From positions 46,018 through 110,017 of the forward strand of contig CAZPUS010000005.1 of assembly GCA_964589825.1 (NCBI GenBank): a stretch of 64,000 nucleotides of DNA, given 5' to 3'. Each line of letters starts with the position of its first letter. Position 1 is the stretch's first letter. A program made the translations under genes and the position numbers. This stretch comes from an uncultured Fibrobacterota bacterium. GTDB lineage: Bacteria; Fibrobacterota; Chitinivibrionia; Chitinivibrionales; WJKA01. Below, piece after piece: positions 21,911-28,127 of the stretch. The notes below the pieces were generated by a model. That model saw only the letters and a program-made list of their open reading frames with translations, ran no database searches and was not told the origin of the DNA.

Positions 21911-22444
21911 GTGATGAAAATAGGTGTGGTGAGTGATACTCACAGAAACAGAAGACTGCTGCAGCAGGTTGTCGACTGGCTCGTACAGACGCATTCTATT
22001 GCCGTATTGTATCATCTTGGTGATGATTACGACGATACGTCCAGTATATCGGATAAAGGAGTAGAGATATATCAGGTTCCCGGGATATATCATCCCGGCT
22101 ATCGCAGCGGAAGCCTGGAGCCTGTCGTACGACACACCGTGATGGGCCTTAATGTGCTTTTGGTACACAGCCTCGATCAGGATGTGTCACAGGAGGATGT
22201 GCTGAGTTCCGATATCGTGCTGTATGGACATACGCACGATGCTACGATTCGGATCGAAGACGGCGTATTGTTCATGAATCCCGGCCACCTGAAGGGCAAG
22301 AGGGATAAAAACCGGGATTCATCCTTTGGTATGCTCGACATACAGAACGAGAACATATATGCGTCTTTGTACGATATAAAATACGGAGAGCTCCAGAAGG
22401 TCCCGATTTCACGTTCGGGAGCCGGGCTCTACAAACATATATAG
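21911..22444 (+). CDS. YfcE/MJ0936-family metallophosphoesterase
   Basis: 177 aa. Motifs VVSDTHRN, HLGDD, YGHTHD and NPGH in the canonical order. Confidence 0.85.
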   Translation: MMKIGVVSDTHRNRRLLQQVVDWLVQTHSIAVLYHLGDDYDDTSSISDKGVEIYQVPGIYHPGYRSGSLEPVVRHTVMGLNVLLVHSLDQDVSQEDVLSSDIVLYGHTHDATIRIEDGVLFMNPGHLKGKRDKNRDSSFGMLDIQNENIYASLYDIKYGELQKVPISRSGAGLYKHI

Positions 22445-22592
22445 CGGCCCATTCTTTCCATATGACCCGGGGCATCGGAGGAAAGGAGCACGTTTTTTAC
22501 ATTATTTTTTTTTGCCGAAAATACGGGTAATGACATTGCCGGCGAATTGAAAAGAAACAGGATGCCATTGATATTGATTCGTATGGCTGTTA

Positions 22593-22620
22593 CCTAAATT
22601 GATCGGCTTTGTTCGCGAAA
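22593..22620 (+). repeat. short copy of the intergenic motif (M5)
   Basis: CCTAAATTGATCGGCTTTGTTCGCGAAA matches 21 of 28 positions of the copy at 39573-39600 (read on the minus strand). It is followed by hairpin CGCGA-(17 nt)-TCGCG and then TTTGC. Lies ~150 nt downstream of a plus-strand gene. Confidence 0.55.
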
Positions 22621-22741
22621 TTTGGAGCCATCCCCTCGCGTTTGCATCCGCAAAAAAAGAACCTGTGAACAACGTCGACCCATTATTTCCGGGAATGCAA
22701 TCATCGTAGGGCTTACCGCATTGTTCATATAAACTTTGCGG

Positions 22742-23698
22742 TCAGCTTGAGTGAGTAGTATCTGCCAGCGAATCCCTGAATTCATAAAACGTGGTATTAT
22801 CGGTATACAGGGCGAATACCCGTTCGAACTCGTCTGTATCCTCAAAGCCTACCTTTGCAGCGATCTCGGCAGCCATGGTTTTGGGATGGATGTAAAGGTG
22901 ATGTTTTGCCCGATTAATTCTGACATGGTTGATGAACTCTTCTATAGACATACCGAGTTCTTTTTGGAAAAGACTCTGTAGAAACGCTTCGCCGGTGACG
23001 AGGTCCTGGCAAACGATTTTTGGCGTAAGATGAGGCAGGTAATAAAGTTTTTCGATATATTTACAGGCTTTCTGTACTTCCTTGTCCATTATCGAAAGGC
23101 GCATTCGGGTAAGAAATCGCTGCTTATCCCTCGTGTCATGAAAGAACGCGATGGTTGCCCAAATAAGCCCTGCACAAATGAGCAGGATGGCAATATGAAT
23201 GATATGCGTTCTAAGCCATGAAAATACCGTGTGCAGATGGAGGAATCGTCCCACGCGTACAATAAAGCTGAGGTTTTTGGTGGTATCTCGCTGGGTGTCC
23301 GCTGCATAGAATGTGTCGGTAAAGGTCGCTGCATGTGCAGAATCCTCACGGGCCGCAGAATCTGCGGTTGTTTTTGTGAGCGATTCTTTTGTCATATGCG
23401 AATCGGATACTGCGGCAGTGGAATCGTCGATAGCACTATCCCGGATAGTAGTATCAAACGTATCCTTATCCGTCGGGACAGTCGGTTCGGTCAGACTGTC
23501 GAGTAGATTATCGACCGAGTTCTGTATGAGCGAATCGGAAATCGTGACCGTTGTATCCGACTTGACAACGGAGGAATCAACCGTCGAATCTGACTGCGGC
23601 GGTTCCGCCCATGCGGATGAACCCACAAACAGAAAAAACGATATCAAAAATGGGAAAAAACCCCGCGCTGCAGCGTTAAGTAGTGAAACTGGTCGCAT
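22742..23698 (-). CDS. membrane-anchored AraC-family transcriptional regulator
   Basis: C-terminal AraC HTH (..EEFINHVRINRAKHHLY..AAEIAAKVGFEDTDEFERVF). A transmembrane segment (IIHIAILLICAGLIWATIAFF) precedes it. The start is set at MRPVSLLNAAARGFFPFLISFFLFVGSSAWA (signal-like); the track's Met at 23839 adds 47 non-hydrophobic residues. Confidence 0.7.
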   Translation of the reverse strand: MRPVSLLNAAARGFFPFLISFFLFVGSSAWAEPPQSDSTVDSSVVKSDTTVTISDSLIQNSVDNLLDSLTEPTVPTDKDTFDTTIRDSAIDDSTAAVSDSHMTKESLTKTTADSAAREDSAHAATFTDTFYAADTQRDTTKNLSFIVRVGRFLHLHTVFSWLRTHIIHIAILLICAGLIWATIAFFHDTRDKQRFLTRMRLSIMDKEVQKACKYIEKLYYLPHLTPKIVCQDLVTGEAFLQSLFQKELGMSIEEFINHVRINRAKHHLYIHPKTMAAEIAAKVGFEDTDEFERVFALYTDNTTFYEFRDSLADTTHSS

Positions 23699-24037
23699 AA
23701 TTCCAAATATACTACCTGCGCGGGACTCTATCATAAAGCGCGCGTACGATGGTATTTTATTCGAATCGGTAAGAGAGCCATTCAATTGAAATTCACACCG
23801 CGTGATATGGTATGCGACATCGGTTGCATCCTTCACCACTGCGGTGTTTTCGAAAATCGGGAGCTGCAGAGGTGAGCGCAGCCGGAATTTATCAAAAACA
23901 CAACCGCATAACGGTCCGGTGAAGAGTCTATCGAAATAATCGATCGATTCAGGTGCAAAGAGAACAACGAGGGTTGTATTTTATCGAGTGTAGTGATAAT
24001 GAACCGTAAATACGTAACAACAACAAGGAGAAGTAAT

Positions 24038-24667
24038 ATGCAAAGGATAGGGTTGTATATGGTTATGGCAGTAGTGTGCTGCGGTATGTTTTCGGCCCTC
24101 GAGGCCTACAGCAGGTATACGCATGTGCAGATTGGTCCACAGTGGCCCGAAGACCTGAAGGGTGTTGCATGGAACGCGGGTCTGGAGTCGGGTGCGGAAT
24201 TCGATCAGATAATAACCGTGGGTGGCGGGCTCAATTTTTTATGGAAGACCGAGGTGAGTGACAGTGAGGATGTTTCCACCACGCCGGTTACGAAAATCGA
24301 TACCTCGAAAACCGGGCGCTATATGGTTCCTGTCTACGCGACACTCGGTATCGATCCGCAGCCGCAGCTGATCGTGCACCCGGTGCTCAAGATAGATGTC
24401 GGTCTCAACACCATGTACTACAGCCACAGGGAATACGACAGGGATAAGGAAAAGCTTGTTAAAGCCGATACCTCGAGCGGGTTTTATTTTGGTCCTTTTG
24501 TACGGGTGGGTCTCGAAGGGGTATACGATCTCGGAGAGACGGTGTCGGCACGTGCGGGATGTAGCTGGAGCTGGTCGAAGGTAAAGAAAAACGCGGAAAA
24601 TGCCGGGCATTACGAACGGCCCATGAGTGGATTCGGGATGTGTGTGGGGCTGCGTTTCCGTATGTGA
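24038..24667 (+). CDS. outer-membrane beta-barrel protein (small porin/OmpW-like size), function unknown
   Basis: Start set at MQRIGLYMVMAVVCCGMFSALEAYS (signal peptide), preceded by AAGGAG. Alternating amphipathic strands run to the C-terminal ..GMCVGLRFRM. No family assigned. Confidence 0.6.
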   Translation: MQRIGLYMVMAVVCCGMFSALEAYSRYTHVQIGPQWPEDLKGVAWNAGLESGAEFDQIITVGGGLNFLWKTEVSDSEDVSTTPVTKIDTSKTGRYMVPVYATLGIDPQPQLIVHPVLKIDVGLNTMYYSHREYDRDKEKLVKADTSSGFYFGPFVRVGLEGVYDLGETVSARAGCSWSWSKVKKNAENAGHYERPMSGFGMCVGLRFRM

Positions 24668-24741
24668 GCAGGCTGGGCGTGACAAAAATTATGCCCGAAG
24701 CAATAGAGCAAAAATGCAGTAGCGGAGGGCGTGGAAGGCGG

Positions 24742-24948
24742 TTACCATGCTTCGAAAAGGCGCGAATCGACCCCGTCTTCCCCGATGGGAAAACGAACGC
24801 GTTTGCCGCATTTGGGGCACATACCGGCATACGCGCTGCCGTCTCTGGTTTTATATATGTATCTGTACACATTGCAGCACTTGAAATGGACCCCGAGTGC
24901 TTTACTGGGGCGTTTGTCGGCCGGTTTTCCGGAGGTGAAATCGTGCAT
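24742..24948 (-). CDS. possible small zinc-ribbon protein
   Basis: 68 aa with a CC..(19 aa)..CPKC arrangement (HFKCCNVYRYIYKTRDGSAYAGMCPKCGKRV). Co-directional with, and downstream of, nadD. No recognisable RBS. Confidence 0.4.
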   Translation of the reverse strand: MHDFTSGKPADKRPSKALGVHFKCCNVYRYIYKTRDGSAYAGMCPKCGKRVRFPIGEDGVDSRLFEAW

Positions 24949-25202
24949 GGAACCGATTACGTATCAAGTATGGGTTTTTGGAATCGATCATTACATACTG
25001 CTTCGGCGAATACGGACCGGTACATGGAACCGGCGTTTATCCCTTGCGGTTATTTACTTCCGTAAGCCGTGGTATAAGAGTCCCTGTGTCAAAGCAGTAT
25101 CTATGTTCCCACCGGGGATAATGGGCGCAAATGTGGTAATGCAAAAAAAGCACATGTATGTACGCAGCATTATTTCACATTATATCATATTTATTCCTGC
25201 AG

Positions 25203-25226
25203 TGCAACCGGGGCACCTCGGTTGCA
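25203..25226 (-). repeat. CAACC/GGTTG-core palindromic hairpin just after the nadD stop
   Basis: TGCAACCG-gggcacct-CGGTTGCA, a perfect 8-bp stem. No adjacent T-run. Confidence 0.6.
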
Positions 25227-25233
25227 GCACTGC

Positions 25234-25818
25234 TCAGTACACGTTGTTGTCGACAATGTACTCGATGACGCCTTCCGGCAGCAGGTACGTGCAGGGAATG
25301 CCGCTGGAGAAGTATTTTCTGAGTAAAGAAGAGCTGAGTGCCCACTGCGGAGAGGGCAGGGCGGTAATCGGGACATCAGCAATTGCCGCAGGCGGGGTCA
25401 TACCGTAGCCGGGGCGCTTGGTGACACACAACGATACCATAGTGATAATATCGCGAAAACGGTGCCAGGTCGGGATCTCTCTGAGGTTATCGGAGCCGAT
25501 GATGTAGTGTATCTTCGCATGAGGATGTCGGTTTCGGAAACGATACAACGTATCGATTGTATACGAAGGTCCTTCCCGGTCAAGTTCGTCGGTAAGAATC
25601 CGTGCCTTGGGGAATTCGTGGATCGCTTTTTTGAGCATTGTGTGGCGCTGGTGTGCAGATGCGGTAATCGAATGCTTTTTATGGGGAGGGACGCGTGCCG
25701 GTATAAAATACAGTTGTGAGAGCTGCAGATAGTCGCACGCCATTTTTGCGGTGCTGAGATGCCCGTAATGAATGGGGTCGAAACTGCCGCCGAAAAGACC
25801 TACGTTGTAACTGTCCAT
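25234..25818 (-). CDS. nadD: nicotinate-nucleotide adenylyltransferase
   Basis: 194 aa. N-terminal GLFGGSFDPIHYGHL (the nucleotidyltransferase (H/T)xGH motif) and NadD-typical length. Confidence 0.92.
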   Translation of the reverse strand: MDSYNVGLFGGSFDPIHYGHLSTAKMACDYLQLSQLYFIPARVPPHKKHSITASAHQRHTMLKKAIHEFPKARILTDELDREGPSYTIDTLYRFRNRHPHAKIHYIIGSDNLREIPTWHRFRDIITMVSLCVTKRPGYGMTPPAAIADVPITALPSPQWALSSSLLRKYFSSGIPCTYLLPEGVIEYIVDNNVY

Positions 25819-25825
25819 AGAGTGC

Positions 25826-26584
25826 TTATGAATCGGTGGATGGCAGCTGCTGTTTGAGCTGCCGGGCTTTTTTTACTATGGCATCGTCTGCCGTGTCGTC
25901 ATTTAGCAATGACGCGATGAGACGGCGGGCTTCCCGGGTGCGGTGCAGACGGATCAGGTTTTGGGCTGCATGGAGCTTTGCCTGGGGTGCATACTCCGAT
26001 TCCGGGAATTTGTCTATTACCGATCGATAATAGATAACCGCGGCTTCGTATTTATTCAGTTTTTCGTAAAGCTCGGCTGTTTTGTACTCTTTTTTTGCGA
26101 GTTTTTTCCGGCATTTGTGAAGGTAGACTTTTGCGCTGTCTCTGAGAGGCTGAGGTGGATCGCTGTTTATAAAGTCCTGTAAATGACGTATCGCATCCCG
26201 GGTTTCTGACTGGTCGCGATTATATGCCAATGACGCGTTAAAGCTGGAGAGTCCGATATAGAGTCCGGCCTTATCGTAAAAGGGAGAGCGGGGGTAATCG
26301 CGACGAAGATGCTGAAATTCGGTTTGAGCCTCGAGTGGACGGTCGAGTTCATACAGAGAGCGGGCCAGGTAATAGATAATCGAATCGGTTGCCTGGTGGC
26401 CGCTGCAGTTGAATTTTATATTGGAAAGAATCTCCTGGGCCTTTGAATACCGTTGCTTTTCGTAGTTGCCACGAGCGCTTTGGAACCGTTCGCTGCAATC
26501 GACCGGTTTCTTTTTTGCTCCGGCCGTACATGCTGCAATACAGATGCTCAGAACTATAGCGTAGTGTTTCCTTTGAAAAAACAT
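25826..26584 (-). CDS. bamD: outer membrane protein assembly factor BamD-like TPR lipoprotein
   Basis: 252 aa. Lipoprotein signal (..LSICIAAC), then TPR-like helices with YfiO/BamD-like blocks (..YYLARSLYELDRPLEAQTEFQHLRRDYPRSPF.., ..YYRSVIDKFPESEYAPQA..). Confidence 0.72.
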   Translation of the reverse strand: MFFQRKHYAIVLSICIAACTAGAKKKPVDCSERFQSARGNYEKQRYSKAQEILSNIKFNCSGHQATDSIIYYLARSLYELDRPLEAQTEFQHLRRDYPRSPFYDKAGLYIGLSSFNASLAYNRDQSETRDAIRHLQDFINSDPPQPLRDSAKVYLHKCRKKLAKKEYKTAELYEKLNKYEAAVIYYRSVIDKFPESEYAPQAKLHAAQNLIRLHRTREARRLIASLLNDDTADDAIVKKARQLKQQLPSTDS

Positions 26585-26664
26585 CAGGTGATCCTTAAAT
26601 AAAAAGTATTACCGGATACCGGCGCTGACAAAAACTACCCTGTTATGGTACGTAAGGGCGCCTC

Positions 26665-26689
26665 TTTAAAACGCACGATGTAATCGTGC
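26665..26689 (-). terminator. possible terminator inside the ybgF-bamD spacer
   Basis: Minus strand: GCACGAT-tac-ATCGTGC followed by GTTTTAAAG. The loop and the T-run are both short. Confidence 0.4.
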
Positions 26690-26698
26690 ATACTGGGT

Positions 26699-26717
26699 GA
26701 CAACCATTGAGGTTGTC
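26699..26717 (-). repeat. CAACC/GGTTG-core palindromic hairpin
   Basis: GACAACC-attga-GGTTGTC, a perfect 7-bp stem. Same architecture as 27776-27794. Confidence 0.6.
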
Positions 26718-26858
26718 GTCTCAGGCTTAGAAAAATAGTTTATGTGCGTGTACTATACCGGACAACCCCGCCTGAAAGATAGCCACCTGCGGCTGCGGAT
26801 AATAGAATGGCCCCGGGAGGTGGGGCACCTGTTCCTGAAAGCTGGCTCCAGGGGCATA

Positions 26859-27671
26859 TCACTTTAGTCTGGAGAGGTAATTTTCGACCTGGGTGACGTA
26901 AGGAGAGTTAGGAAAGCGGGTAAGGAAATTCTTGAATTTGTTTTTGGCTTCGTTTGTATGCCCCATCTGGTAGAGTGCACGCGCGATCTGGAAGTGGGCG
27001 TCGTCTTTTTTTTCGAAATTTGAAACGTCCTTTACTTTTTTGAATGACGCGATAGCCTGCGCATACTCACCCTGTGCGTAATAACACTCACCAATCCAGT
27101 AACGGGATTTATGCGAATACATGCTTTCCGGATATTTCGAGATAACCTCTGAGAAGATATGGCGAGATTTTTTGTAGTCACCTTTGTCAAAGGTCGTCAG
27201 CCCCTGGTTGTAAAGAAAGTAGGCATCAGAGGGATTAAGAATGCTGTAAGCTGAGGTAGGGGAAAAAGAAGGAGGGGCCTTTGGCGTTTGTTGCGTTTTT
27301 TTCTGCGGAGCACTTCGGGGCATTTGCTTGAGTGTAGTTACCTGTGCCTGCAGATCCTTAATCGCTTCCACTATGAGCGAAAGCTGTACCTCGAGCTCCT
27401 CGATTTTGGCGATCGATACCCGTGAGGCCTTTTCGTTTATATGATTAAGCCGGTGATCGATTTCGGCGAGTTTGCTGTTAAGATTGTCCGTTTTGAGTTT
27501 GGCTTCCTGCGCTATGCGAAGCGCCTTGTTCGAATTCTCCTTGACCTGTACTACATCTACCTGCGGAAGCAGGGGGTCCTGGGTGGAATTCATCTTAGAG
27601 GCAGGACCGGCACATCCGGCGAACACGACCGATGCAAGCGCGAGAGCTGAACATAATTTCATACAGACCAC
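26859..27671 (-). CDS. YbgF/CpoB-like Tol-Pal-associated TPR protein
   Basis: 270 aa. Lipoprotein-type signal (..SVVFAGC), a coiled-coil segment, then C-terminal TPR blocks (YYAQGEYAQAIASFKKV.., FLTRFPNSPYV..). Confidence 0.7.
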   Translation of the reverse strand: MVCMKLCSALALASVVFAGCAGPASKMNSTQDPLLPQVDVVQVKENSNKALRIAQEAKLKTDNLNSKLAEIDHRLNHINEKASRVSIAKIEELEVQLSLIVEAIKDLQAQVTTLKQMPRSAPQKKTQQTPKAPPSFSPTSAYSILNPSDAYFLYNQGLTTFDKGDYKKSRHIFSEVISKYPESMYSHKSRYWIGECYYAQGEYAQAIASFKKVKDVSNFEKKDDAHFQIARALYQMGHTNEAKNKFKNFLTRFPNSPYVTQVENYLSRLK

Positions 27672-27764
27672 TTTCCGTAAAAGAAAAAATGAATGTTATC
27701 GTAACCTGAATTGATAATTTTAGTTGCGGCATCTGTTGCAATCCGCACTATTCTAAATAGTCTC

Positions 27765-27870
27765 TAAAATCATGAGGCAACCAACAAGGTTGCCCCATAA
27801 TTGTTGAGAACACAGTAGCAGCACGGCTCATCGCAGCTTTTATCGAAACAACCGCTCAATTCAAACATAA
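27765..27870 (-). repeat. full-length copy 1 of the intergenic element (motif + spacer + ATTATGGGG + hairpin + CTCATGATTT)
   Basis: Colinear with 45722-45822 (opposite orientation). By hand count, 60 of 75 positions are identical between GAT and TGA. Contains hairpin GGCAACC-ttgtt-GGTTGCC (27776-27794). Confidence 0.85.
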
Positions 27871-28127
27871 ATATAATATATACTGTGCGTCGCTGCGGAT
27901 AAAGAAGAATGGCGTTATCCCTGCTTTGTGTGGAAAAACAGAAGTGATGCCGATCTTCTTTTCATTACTGCGTGTTAATTATATCGACCAGTGAAGCATG
28001 GGCCTTGAGGCGCTATATTGTGGTGGCGTATATACCGGGGTGCTCAACCCTGCGACAAACTATTTTTCTTATGATAAAACGGTAATCCCTGACGGCTTAT
28101 TATTTTGTAATACCGACTTCGTGAACC

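Noticed and set aside
24731-25408. 225-aa plus-strand ORF
   Set aside because: It runs antisense through the small zinc-ribbon ORF, a non-coding spacer and the 3' end of nadD. It has no motifs and an odd composition.
27835-27868. The repeated 33-nt motif as a promoter (sigma70, sigma54 or ECF type)
   Set aside because: TTGAGC and TTGATG within the motif have no acceptable -10 element at 16-18 nt, and there is no GG-N10-GC. Copies also occur downstream of genes and between convergent genes, where a promoter is not expected. Genuine sigma70-like promoters (TTGCAA-N17-TATATT) are visible elsewhere.
26792-27902. Two TTATCCGCAGC words (26792-26802 and 27892-27902, minus sense) as DnaA boxes / a replication origin
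   Set aside because: There are only two near-consensus boxes, no AT-rich unwinding element between them, no dnaA/dnaN/gidA-type neighbours, and they flank an ordinary gene. This is recorded as a curiosity only.
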